Positions 13,080 through 24,640 of a DNA stretch of 64,000 nt are shown piece by piece; position 1 is the stretch's first letter; each line of letters starts with the position of its first letter. Under the pieces are notes generated by a model. It did no database searches. It saw only the letters and a program-made list of their open reading frames with translations, and was not told the origin of the DNA. Origin of the DNA: Oopsacas minuta. Its lineage: Eukaryota; Animalia; Porifera. A program made the translations under genes and the position numbers. The stretch is from assembly GCA_024704765.1 (NCBI GenBank), contig JAKMXF010000295.1, positions 1 through 64,000 of the forward strand, in the 5' to 3' direction.

Positions 13080-15397
13080 CACTGCCCCGCGTCAAATTTG
13101 CTGATTATTATCCATGGGTTGTTTTTAGTTAACTTGAGTATGCTGATTCCCAATCTGTCATCAGAATTCCCCTATCACGTCTCGTTTTTACTCAAATGTC
13201 ATTTTAATATAAGTCGATTTTTTTAAGTACACTTCCAGGGAATAAATGAATATATTTGATACATGTGTGAATTTTTGTCTTTTGAAATAAACAGATGCGT
13301 GCTTTATTGTATTTTCTAGTTAGTCCCTTTAACCCCATTCTTTTCTACATAATTTGTTTTATTATTATTTCTGTTATATACAGCTTTATTGTACCATAGT
13401 CTACTATTTTGATATTTTATTATCTTATGGCTTATCGGAGAAGGTGCAGTAATGATCCAGACGTCTTTTGTTATATTTGTGGTAGTTTTATGACTTCTAA
13501 ACAAACAAACTACGGCAATAACAGGATTTGTTAAAAAAGCATATTTAGGATATTTTGGAATGAGATTAGGTGATCAAGACAAAACATGGGCTCTATATAC
13601 AGTATGCCGATCTTATGTAGAAAATTTGAGACAATGGACAAAAGGAATCAGAAAGAGTTTAAGTTTAGGAATTCCAATGTTATGGAGAGAGCCACAAAAT
13701 CACATTAGCGATTGTTACATTTGTATGGCGAATATTTCAGGATTCAATGCTAAAACTAAGTCATTGATCAAGTATCCAAATTTACATTCAGCAACACGAC
13801 CCGTTCCCCATTCTATTGATGTACCTGTTCCAAAATTTACTAATTTGGATGTTATCTCGGAAATTGATGATTGTGAAACTAGAGATTCATTAATTAGAGA
13901 AGATGAGGATTTTATTCCGTGTGTACTATCTCGTTCTAATTCTCCACAGTTATTCAATCAGTCTGAATTAAATGATTTGGTACGTGATTTAGATTTACCT
14001 AAGAATCTGCGGAGTTGTTAGGTTCTAGGCTAAAAGAAAAAACTTGCTTCTCCCAGAAACAAAATTTTACTCATATAGGAACAGAGAGATCGAATTTTTG
14101 AAATATTTCACAATGGAAGACGGATTTGTGTTCTGTCATGATGTTTCACCGCTAGTTAATGCTCTTGGATGTCCGTATGTACCTAATGATTAGAGACTCT
14201 TTATTGATAGTTCAAAACAAAGTTTAAAATGTGTTCTACTTCATAATGGCAACAAATTTAGTTCCATACCAATTGGACATTCAGTAAGTTTAAAGGAACG
14301 ATATGATAGCATGAAAATTGTGCTTCATAAAATTAATTATAACCAGCACAATTGGGTAATCTGTGGTGACTTAAAAATCATATGCATTCTTTTGGGGCAG
14401 CAATCAGGATATACAAAATACCCTTGTTTTTTATGCTTATGGGACAGTCATGCAAAGAGCGAACACTATTCTAGACAGAGCTGGCCAGCTAGAACCAATC
14501 TTAGTGTTGGAGATAAGAACATTGTTCACGAGCCCTAGTGGATCCTCTCAAGATTTTGTTTCCACCACTTCATATTAAATTAGGATTGATGAAACAGTTT
14601 GTAAGGGCATTAGATAAAGAAAGAAATTGTTTCAAATATATTACCGAGAAGTTTACTACCTAAGTGATGAAAAAAGAAAAGCCGGTATATTCGACGGTCC
14701 TCAAATAAGACAACTTGTTCGAGATGATAATTTTTCAAATTCTATGATATGCAAAGAAAAATGTGCATGGAATGCATTTGTAAATGTCATGAAAAACTTC
14801 TTGGGAAATACGAAATCTCCTAATTATAAAATACTTGTGAGTGAGTTGATTGAATCTTACAAGAATCCCGGCTGCAATATGAGTGTACAAGTTCACTTTC
14901 TTCACAGTCATATTGACTATTTTCCAGAGAATCTTGGAGCTGTTTCCGAGGAGCAAGGTGAACGATTCCACCAAGACATAGAAACAATGGAAACACGATA
15001 TCAGGGGAGGTGGGACATTCATTTGATGCTGATTACTGCTGGTGCCTCAAGAGAGATTGTATTAATGTTATTCATGCTAGAAGGTCAAAAAAACGGAAAT
15101 ATACCCCTGATACAGACTAATATATTCAAATTTATTTATTAACTAAGATTATATTATCAATAAAAATTTTATTGTAATTCTTAGTAAAAATTTATAAATG
15201 GCAGATTTTCACTATTTACTTGTAGAGGTATCATGCATTCATCAATAAATATACCAATATTTAAAAATAATTTTGCAAAAAAACTAGACGTGATACGTAT
15301 ATTTTACAACATTGTTCAAAATCAGTAATAAAATGTGGATTAGAAAATGTTTAGCAATAACTATCAGCAAATAAAATTTTTTTTTCGCAGGGCTGTG
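13080..15397 (+). mobile_element. Chapaev3-type DNA transposon A (2318 bp), decayed transposase ~13427-15120
   Basis: Ends cactgccccgcg / cgcagggctgtg with 3-bp TSD TTA. Protein motifs: CSNDPDVFCYICG, LGDQDKTW, LWREPQNH..DCYIC, FNQSELNDLVRDL, FIDSSK, ICGDLK, SEEQGERFHQD. Several frameshifts. Confidence 0.85.
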
Positions 15398-16113
15398 TTA
15401 TCATTGAATTCACAATCGTTTCAAACCTAGAAATTAGTAATTTCATTCTGATTCAACAAGTAAATTGGTTGCTATGGTGATGAATATTTGCGGCTTCTTG
15501 TAATTGGAATTTCTGCTGTGTGGTATATCAAAAACGATCAAGTCTCATAGTTATATTTTTAGCACTTGTAATTAAGAAGAAAGAATTCCTTTACAATAAT
15601 GAAACATTTATATTTCAAGTATCTAATTTACATGTTGAAATGTCGTCTGGATTCAAACTTTCTATTCTAAAACTAGATAAAACGCGATGACTATTTAGGT
15701 CATTTTTTTTCGGCGTCCACAGGATATTTTATGCTAAAACTTGTTGTGGCGTTTCGTTGCGTGAACTCTCACTGGTCTTAAAATGTAGGTTATAATAATA
15801 TATTCAAAAAATATAATAGTTTAGACCCGCCGGAGGGCGCCCAAACTATCAAACATTCATTTGAATGGGTGCAACTTTAATGTAAAATTTCCCTATGAAA
15901 TATTAGCATAATGAACAACAAGGAAGCCTTTAACTTTCTATCCTCACGTAAATCTGTCAGAGATGCAACAATCGTATTTATGGATAGTCAGCAACTTGAT
16001 GATAAATATTATAGTTGTATCAGATACAAATTCGTAGAGTTGAAGGGTGATAGAGAGATATTTCGTAAAAGAAACGACCTAAATACATGGGATGAAATGA
16101 TATTCTTTGACAA

Positions 16114-18836
16114 CACTGCTCAACAATTTTTTTTTCATTTTTTGTTGCATGAGATTTTTCAATTGATTCTATATAATTTTGGGATGCTGATTACAAATCT
16201 GCAATCAGTTTCTTTCTGCATGCTCTAGTTTTCATGCAATCGACAATTTAAATTTTTTCGTTTGTGGTACTTATTTAGTACATAAATCTGATCTCCACCA
16301 AATACTTTTTATCTATCAAGCCATTTTTCTTAGATTGTAGCTGTTACTATGATTTAGTAATGGCTTCAATCTATTGAAAACAAAAGCACCACTCTATTGT
16401 TCTCTGAAAACATGACACTATTAGCGAAGTGTCAAAATTTAAATAAATCAAAAATCATCATGTTGATTTTTTTGAAATGATTTAATTCAACAACCCTAAG
16501 TGATTGTAGTGAAGTACTGTGGACAGATGCAGCAGAATAGCCATTTAAGCTGTATTTTTCCGCTCGTCTGCTGGTAGCCTTAATTAGAACCAAGGTTTTG
16601 TTATTCAGTTTGTTTGTGTTAAGTTACATAGACATCAACAGACTTTCTTTCGATTCTTAACTCTTCAGATTTGATCATGGCTTCTTCTAGTAGACATAAA
16701 TGCAAAAATAACCCTGATTCATTTTGTTACATCTGTGGTGTGTATACGCTTTCGCGTCAAAGACGAAATATAACATCGTTTGTGAAGCGTGCCTACATAG
16801 CATACTTTGGTATCCCTCTTGGTGATCAAGATAAGAAATGGTCTCCTCATATTGTGTGCCATAACTGCGAAGAAATGCTCCGAGACTGGACAAAAGGAAA
16901 GCGGAAGGGTCTGCCTTTTGCCATTCCAATGGTGTGGCGTGAACCCCAAGACCACACGACTGACTGCTACTTTTGCATGGTCAATACAAAAGGTGTTGGC
17001 AAGAAGAGCCGACAAACGCTTTCTTATCCTAGTATACCATCAGCTATGCGACCTGTCCCGCACTCTGATAGACTTCCTCCTCCGGTTTTTAGTGGTTTTG
17101 CTTTTCCTAATGATGAAGAAACTAAATTGGAAAGGGAAGAGATCGTAGAGATGGAATATCAAAAAACAGACACAGAATCAGAATCTGAAGATTCTTCTTG
17201 TGAAACCAGAGTAACTGTCCAGCAGTTTAATCAATCAGAACTGAATGACTTAGTACGTGATTTAGATCTGCCCAAGCAAGCAGCTGAGCTCTTAGCCTCC
17301 AGGCTCAAAGAAAAACAGGTGCTGGATCAATCTGTAAAGGTTTCCTTTTTTCGAAAAAGAGAAGAACTCCTTCTGCCTTATTTTTCAGTAGAAAATAAGC
17401 TGGTATATTGCAACGATATTCCTGGTCTTCTCGGACAACTGGGTATCTCCTCATATGATCCAGGAGAATGGCGATTGTTTTGGACAGTTCCAAACGCAGC
17501 CTCAAGTGTGTTCTTTTACACAATGGAAATGTTTATGGAGCTGTTCCAGTTGGTCACTCCACTGTCTTGAAGGAACAGCATGATGACATTAGAATTGTTA
17601 TGGATTTACTCGGATATCATGATCACAACTGGATCATTTGTGTTGACCTCAAAATGGTTAGTTTTCTGCTAGGTCAGCAAAAAGGATACACTAAATTTCC
17701 ATGTTATCTGTGCATGTGGGACAGCAGAGCACGTGAAAAACATTGGATACAGAAGGAGTGGCCCTTACGTGAAACATTTCAAGCTGGCATGCCTAACGTA
17801 ACACACGACCCGATCGTAAGCAGAGACAAAATTGTTTTTCCACCCCTGCACATCAAGCTAGGTCTGATGAAACAGTTCGTTAAAGCCCTAAATCCTGACA
17901 ATGAATCCTTTCATCATCTTGTGTATACTTTCCCTGCTTTGTCATATGATAAAATCAAAGCAGGAGTGTTTGATGGACCACAGATACGTACACTTATTCG
18001 CGACAAAAACTTCATTCAGAAAATGAATGTCAGGGAGAAAGCTGCATGGCTATCTTTTGTGGATGTTATACAGAACTTTCTTGGTAACAGAAAAGCTCCA
18101 AACTATGAAATGCTTGTATCCAAGATGCTCTCAGGGTTTCGTGATTTGGGATGCAACATGAGCATAAAAGTACATTTTCTGTACAGCCACCTGGACAAAT
18201 TCCCTGAAAACCTTGGGGCTGTCAGTGACGAACAGGGAGAGCGTTTCCACCAGGATCTTATGACAGTGGAAGAACGTTACCAAGGTCGATGGGATCGACA
18301 TATGATGGCAGACTATTGTTGGGGCATTGAACGTGACTGTCCTCACAAAGCGTACAAACGCAGAAGTTATAAGAGGAAATTTTGTCCAGATTTGTAGAAT
18401 ATTTGAATCTTTTGCATCTTGTCATTGATCGCTTTAAGTTACTATTGTAGATTGCCATCGTTCTTTTCTACGTTATTTTGCAAAAAAAAAAATCAATTTT
18501 TACATGCATATTACCAGCAAAACTGTTGTTTTTTACATTTTTTAAAACATTTGTTGCCTATCTGTCTACAAATACAATTTCTATTGGCAACATAAAAGTT
18601 TTTTGGCACCTATTTTTGTTTTGAGGCTAGTTATTCAACTGTAAGCAGAACATCATTTGACAAATCATGTCACTTTTTCAAAAAATATGAATTTTGTGCA
18701 AAAAAATTAAAAATCTCGATTTGCAAAAAATCTAGAGCTTGCGGAAAAAAACTAAGGTCGGATTCGGATTCAGCGCCCCAATATTAGGTAAAAACAAGTG
18801 TTGGTAGAAATGCAACAAAATTTTTGTTGAGCAGTC
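16114..18836 (+). mobile_element. Chapaev3-type DNA transposon B (2723 bp), near-intact
   Basis: TIR (c/g)actgctcaacaa at both ends; 3-bp TSD CAA (16111-13, 18837-39). Confidence 0.88.
16677..18397 (+). pseudogene. Chapaev3 transposase (~573 aa if one 1-nt deletion at ~17478-17481 is repaired)
   Basis: Overlapping ORFs 16671-17570 and 17468-18397. Cys-rich N-terminus FCYICG..PHIVCHNC..WREP.DH..DCYFC; catalytic region LDSSK / CVDLK / PPLHIKLG / SDEQGERFHQD. Confidence 0.88.
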
Positions 18837-20619
18837 CAATTCAACATTGGCAGAGAAGAGGCGGTTATCGTCTGAAGGTGATATTTGTACTCCTAATCAT
18901 GTTCATGCAAAGGCTTTCAGGAAATCACTCCTAGAATTAACGATTAAAGGACAAAGGGTACGTCTGGAACCTCTTTTAGCCCTGATTAAAAGCTTAGCAG
19001 CTAGTGAGAACGTGGATAGCAAAACGATGGCAGCCATCTTCAGGAGATTGCTCCACCAGTTCGTTCTGTCTGGAAATAGTCAGCAAAGGCATATTTCAAG
19101 GCAATATAAAGACACACATCTCAATTGCTAAGTCTACGTTCCTCCTAGGGCAACTGGAAATAGGTAAGCGAAAGTACATTGAATTGAGGAGACTTTGTAA
19201 GTCACACAATGTACTATTCCCTAAGTATGTGCTAATTTCCCAGTATCAAGCAGATATTACTCTGGATAAGGAATTCATTTTTATCCGCAATGTGTCTGAT
19301 GCGCCTATGGGAGTAGGGATATCTTACATCTCTATCATCAAACAGACAATTTCCCGCCTACTCGAATCACTTCCCACAGATTCTGAATTTGAGTTCCCGT
19401 GGACATTTTCTGCAACAGATGGCTTGGATGGATCTGGATCCCATCAAGTTTATAATCAGATTCAAGAGTCACCAGATATTGGTTCCAAAAATTTCATTCT
19501 CTTTGCTTTCAAACTTCTCGCTATTCACGACAGCGCAAACAAACTTATTTGGGAAAACGAAAGGCCCAACTCACAATTTCAGATTCGCTCAGTCATTTTA
19601 CTAGCTACCAAAGAAAATAGCGAAAATGTACGTCATCTAATGGTAACTTATATCAATCCTTACGTAGCAGACATGGAAGAAAATCAGGTTCCCTTAGGCA
19701 AACATCAGTCCAACCTTGCATAAATTACTAGCCCATTCTTCAGAACTCATTAGAACTTGTAACAATAGCCATGGACTTAAAGCTTTCTCTGAAGAAGCAG
19801 TTGAAGTTTCAAACAAACTCGTTCGAAGGTATCGCGAACACCTTACCAGAAACATTTCGTTTTCTCTGAATACTCGAGATAACTTTATACGACTGATTTG
19901 TAATAGTGATCTTGTCCTCAATGTGTATAGAAAATTTAGAAAAGCAAGCAAGAAAACCCACTCTTCTGAACCTCCAGACCAAGAAATTCCTTTCTCACAA
20001 TTAACTTGCTAATAAATAATGATTGAATAGATGGAAGCACAAGATACTATTAAAATGTGGGTAGGTTAAATGTGTGTCTATGATCCAAAATAAGCTTTCT
20101 ATCGCCTCTAGTAACTGAATTTTAAGCTCAAAAACTATAATTTATGATCATATGAAAGGTGTCAATGATATCATAACTTTTTAATGAGATGACCTAGATT
20201 TTTTTATGCAGAAATCATTTTCTCAGGGGTGATTTCCTATTGGCTAATAATGCATTATATATCTCTATCCTGCACGGTTTTCCTATTTCCATTTCACCCC
20301 CCAAAAATGCCCACTGTGCCACTGTGGTCTCATTCGGAGCTTGAGTTAGTCTTTGTGTTACCAACCGAAGAAAAGCCTCAATATTAATAGGTATTCGTAA
20401 AGATGGTATTAATCACAGGCATCCTTGTTCAATTGTGTTTCTAGATACTTTGTTTAAAAATATTCCTCCAAAATTCAGCGAGAATCTCGTTTCTTATTCT
20501 GTCCATGAATAGTTGGATCATACTATCACCAGGGATGGTGAAAATGCTGTTAACAGGCAATTTACTTGTTTGCTGTTAAACTGTACAATTATTAGAGCTT
20601 CCAATTTAGGTAATGTACA

Positions 20620-20870
20620 CAGTAGAACTCGGTTAAGACTTAGTTGACTAAAATGTGCATACGAATAAAAAACATCCTTGTGTCAAATAAACGAAATTTT
20701 CTCCCATCAAATACATTAATGCATACCGGTGTTAGAAGAATAATCAGAAAAATATACGAAATGAGTTTTCCCAAAAAACAAAATGTACTGAATCATGCTC
20801 AGATCAGACCTACCTCTTAGAATACATACTATTTTTTCCCATTCGAGTATTTATTAACCGGGTTCTATTG
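20620..20870. mobile_element. Tigger-like MITE (~250 bp)
   Basis: Imperfect TIR cagtagaactcggttaa / ttaaccgggttctattg. The TA TSD is not clean. Confidence 0.55.
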
Positions 20871-21049
20871 TTCATACGTACACTAACCAGTATAAGAATT
20901 TCAACACAAAAAAATATTCAATTACAAATCCTGGTAATACGGCGAATATTTAATTTCCGTAAGATAATATTCCTGAAAGAACTATATGCCTGTGTTAGTT
21001 AACATTATCCTGACTACATCCATGAAAATCTGTATAATTATATACTCTA

Positions 21050-22364
21050 CTAGGTTGTCCAAAAAGTTCGCGGAATTTTATCCCTAGTTTGCGTTATATA
21101 CACTCTATCAATTAGCCTATTGTTTCGATTAATTCTAATATCCCTTATCTCAATTATCCTAACTTTTGTAATCAAAAAATTTGGTTTAGGTATTCTTTTA
21201 ACATCATTTACGATTGTCGTATTTTTTCCAAAATGGAAAACTCAGAAGATGGGAAACGATATATCATTTGGTTTCTCTGGAAACAAAATAAAAGTGGAAG
21301 CGAGATTCTCTAAGAGATGGAAAAGGTTTATGGTAGTAAATGCCTTGGTAAATCGATGGTTTACAAATAGATTGACAGATTTAATGATGGGCATTCAACT
21401 GTTGATGATAACCCAAGACAAGACCTAGTCGTCCGAAAACATGTTCCAACCAAGAAAACATCAAAATTATATCAAACATTCTTGATAAAGATAGACGTGT
21501 GACTCTGTGGCAGTTAGAGGAAGAATTGGGGATGTCAAAATCAATACTTGATAAGATTCTAACTGAACAATTGGGAATGTCGAGAGTTCGTTCTCGTTGG
21601 GTTCCCAAATTGTTAACTGAATCTCAAAGGATTGAAAGGGTTCATGTTTGTCGCCAGCTCTTACGGATTTCTAAGAAGGAACCAAGGTTCTTTGATCGTT
21701 TAGTCACAGGGTACGAGACTTGGTTACATTTTTATGAGCCTAAGACAAGTTTACAGACGAGTCAATGGAAGCGTAGGAATGAAGCAACCCCTATTAGACC
21801 CAGAGTTGTCGCATCAGCAAGTAAACGGATGGCAACAGTTTTTGGGACACAAAGGGAATAATCATGATTGATTGGTTACCTAACAAAGTAACAATAAATA
21901 CTGAATACTATTTTCAAGTTCTGAAGAAATTGCGCGAAGCTATCAAGTCTAAGAGGCGTGGCAAGTTGGGTTCTGAAGTTTTCCTTCAGCATGATAATGC
22001 TCCAGCCTATACCAGCAGGCGAACTTTGGATGAAATTCAACATTTAGGGTTCGAATTACTCCCACATCCCCCATACAGCCCAGACCTAGCGCCCAGCGAC
22101 TACTGGCTATTTTCAGAAATGAAAAGACCACTTAGAGGTAAACGTTTCAGCGAATTTGAGCACCTTAGGTCCGCTGTAAATTCATGGATTCAAGGTACCC
22201 TGAAAAATTCTTCACCACAGGAATAAATAAACTCCCATCAAAATGGAGGAAATGTATCGAGGTTAAGGGTGAATTTATTGAAAACTATGAACAATAATTA
22301 GTTGAGTATGTTCATTGATAAATAAAATATAATTGCAATTCCGCGAACTTTTTGGACAACCTGG
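21050..22364 (+). mobile_element. mariner (DD34D) transposon, full length (1315 bp), frameshifted transposase
   Basis: 28-bp TIR C(T/C)AGGTTGTCCAAAAAGTTCGCGGAATT with TA flanks. Motifs WVPKLLT, VTGYETW (first D reads Y), QHDNAPA, PYSPDLAPSDYWLF. Confidence 0.92.
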
Positions 22365-23116
22365 TATAGCCACACTTTACATAATAAATAGATAAATATT
22401 CAATTCCAAGTGCGCAAAACTTAGATGGAACAATTCTGATAGCATAATTGAATTCTATGGGAGTTTATTACATCAATGTATTTCGAATTATATAGAGGTT
22501 ATCTCTTGACGTGTAAACATATTAATATTTGTGCCACATGTGGCAGAAACTGCGCATCGCTAGAACATTGGCACCAAATTAAATATCGTACGAAAACATT
22601 TGAAAATGTCTAAACTGACTTGCAAATATTTGTATAGTCGGAGATAAAGTCAGTTTTGCAGGATTCATGATTCACATACCAAGTGGAACATACATCTTTG
22701 ATATTTGCCACTTGTGGCACAAAAATGAAAATACCAAATAACTCAATTTTAGGCAAATTAAATATTCTAATGGAATATAATAATCTAAACTGGATAAAGG
22801 TACTGCACTATCATACCGCCTAGTTCCCTAGTAGCAGGGCCTGCATTGACCTGACCTATACATAAAATAGTGAAGAAAATATGATTGTAGCCAGGAATTA
22901 GATTGGGTGAAACTCGAAGGTTTCAGGTACAATAAAAATATTGTTGTGGGATGGGCTCTAAAGTGATGGCCCTGTTCGATCGTACATTCCTAAATCCGCT
23001 AGTGAACACGGAACAATTTTGTTGCATGAAATAATCTTTTCGTGTCGATAAGCGTTTAAGTTTTCGGAGGTATAATGTATATAATACTAATTGAGAAATA
23101 TGGTGTATATTATTTA

Positions 23117-24423
23117 CCGAGTGTTCAATAAGTTCGCGGAAAAATATGTTCTCACTACAGTGAACTAACAAGTTACTATAATAAATGTTCAAAATACTCC
23201 CAATTAGCATCAATACACCTTTGACAGCGATGTAACCACGTGTCAAATACCCTAGAATAGCTACTTACTGGTATACACTCAACTGCGTCTAAATAGCAGT
23301 GATTAGCTCGGATTCTGATTCAAAACGTCTGCCTTTTAGTTGTTTCTTTAGATTCGGGAACAGCCAAAAGTCATAAGGGACAAGATGTGGGCTGTAAGGT
23401 GAATGTTCAATCATTTCTAAGCCTGATTGCCTAAGAAACTCTTTGGTCCTTCTGCTTGTGTGTGCTGGAGCATTATCATGATGAAATTTCATCCCAAGGA
23501 TCCCAGACTTTAGTCACAACGTCTCCACTGCTTGGAACACTTTAGGAAGGCAACATTCGGTATACCAAGCTGCAGTAACTGTATGCTTAGCTGGAAGCAT
23601 CACAAATTCAAGAAGTCCTCTCGTGGTAAAGAAAATTGCGAACATTCGCTTGCCGACCACCATGAATCGTTTGGGAATTGTGTCCGGTACCTCATCTTCA
23701 AAGATCGATTTAGAGCTCTGTTGCTTCGTTTGCATGTCATAGAAGTAGACCCAAGTTTCATCACCCGTTATTACTTCTGAATGCCGCCGAGAATATGCTT
23801 TCGAGTACTTTAGTAACATAGAGCGACAAAATTGGATCTGACGATTTTTCTGCTCCAAAGTTAGCAAATGTGGGACTAACTTGGAACAAACCCTTCTTAG
23901 ACCAAGGTGTTGGTGTAGGATTGTTTCTATTGTTCCCGATGATACTGATGCATCGTGAATTAACTGACGGATAGTAATTTGCCTGTCTTCTCGTACCAGT
24001 TCCTCCACCTTGGTGATATTTTCATCGGTGGTCGCCGTAATCGGACGTCCGGTTCGAATATCATCATCATCCAAGCACATGTAACCCAAACGAAATCGGT
24101 TGTACCATTTGTAAATGTTTGTTTTGGTTAGAGACTGTTCTCCAAAAACAGAAAATATCTCAATGATACACTCTATAGCGCTTATTCCACGTTTATAGTT
24201 GTAAAACATTATGGCTCGAAAATCGCTATTATTCAAATTCTCTATTGAAAATTCAAAATTTGAAAATGACTTGACTAAATTGAATGTAACAGAAAAAGGA
24301 AACTACTTAGAATGTTGAAATTTTATCTACTATTCATTCGCTGGCTATACTACTTATGGTTAATTAGCATTAACGCTGCTAAATGAACTTCATATAGATT
24401 CCGCGAACTTATTGATCACTCGG
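23117..24423 (-). mobile_element. mariner (DD34D) transposon, full length (1307 bp), transposase with nonsense codons
   Basis: 25-bp TIR CCGAGTG(T/A)TCAATAAGTTCGCGGAA with TA flanks. ORFs 23514-24236 and 23289-23492 are in the same frame, separated by TGA. Motifs ITGDETW, HHDNAPAH, SPHLVPYDFWLF. Confidence 0.92.
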
Positions 24424-24449
24424 TATTCTATTAAATGGTAAAACAAGCA

Positions 24450-24640
24450 TTCGTAATTGCACCTCATAAAAATTCTAATTCGTCGGATATCACATATAAT
24501 CCTCAATGAGAGTGAAGAATCACCAGGCCAAGGATTCGAAAAAGAATCGAGAGTCACAAGAAATGCTGATCCCATAAAGGAGGCGTAATTTAAGCCACTG
24601 GAGTGGAAAAATACTCGAATATACTTTCCACCCACATAGC
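24450..24640 (-). mobile_element. Possible relic of a Gypsy-type integrase
   Basis: ORF 24390-24635 has LNYASFMGSAFLVTLDSFSNPW, resembling the D-YAGPFMG..FLV..D..SKW stretch of Gypsy integrases. Short and degraded. Confidence 0.3.

Larger units (their letters stand above)
15911..20012 (+). pseudogene. RAG1-core/Transib-type transposase of Transib-2, split by Chapaev3-B (pieces 15911-16113 and 18840-20012)
   Basis: Removing 16114-18839 restores the frame IFFDN-STLAEKRRL. Motifs: RKSLLELTIKGQRVRL, TDGLDGSGSHQ, WENERPNSQF, PTLHKLLAH, SEEAVEVSNKL. The second-D/Zn region is deleted near 19705. Confidence 0.85.
13014..20318 (+). mobile_element. Transib-2 (RAG1-core-like), internally deleted (~2.26 kb own sequence), carrying two Chapaev3 insertions
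   Basis: TIR CACAGTGGGC(A)TTTTTG at both ends; 5-bp TSD tcact/ccact (4/5 match). Confidence 0.88.
9852..20326 (+). mobile_element. Transib-1 (RAG1-core-like); own length ~3.2 kb, interrupted at its right terminus by Transib-2
   Basis: Starts CACAGTGGTT at 9852 and ends ccactgtg at 20326. Perfect 5-bp TSD GTCTC (9847-9851, 20327-20331). The rest of the right end lies at ~12960-13013. Confidence 0.88.

Noticed and set aside
16687-18458. Antisense and alternate-frame ORFs over the Chapaev3, mariner and Tigger transposases
   Set aside because: Shadow ORFs of transposase coding sequence, with no independent motifs.
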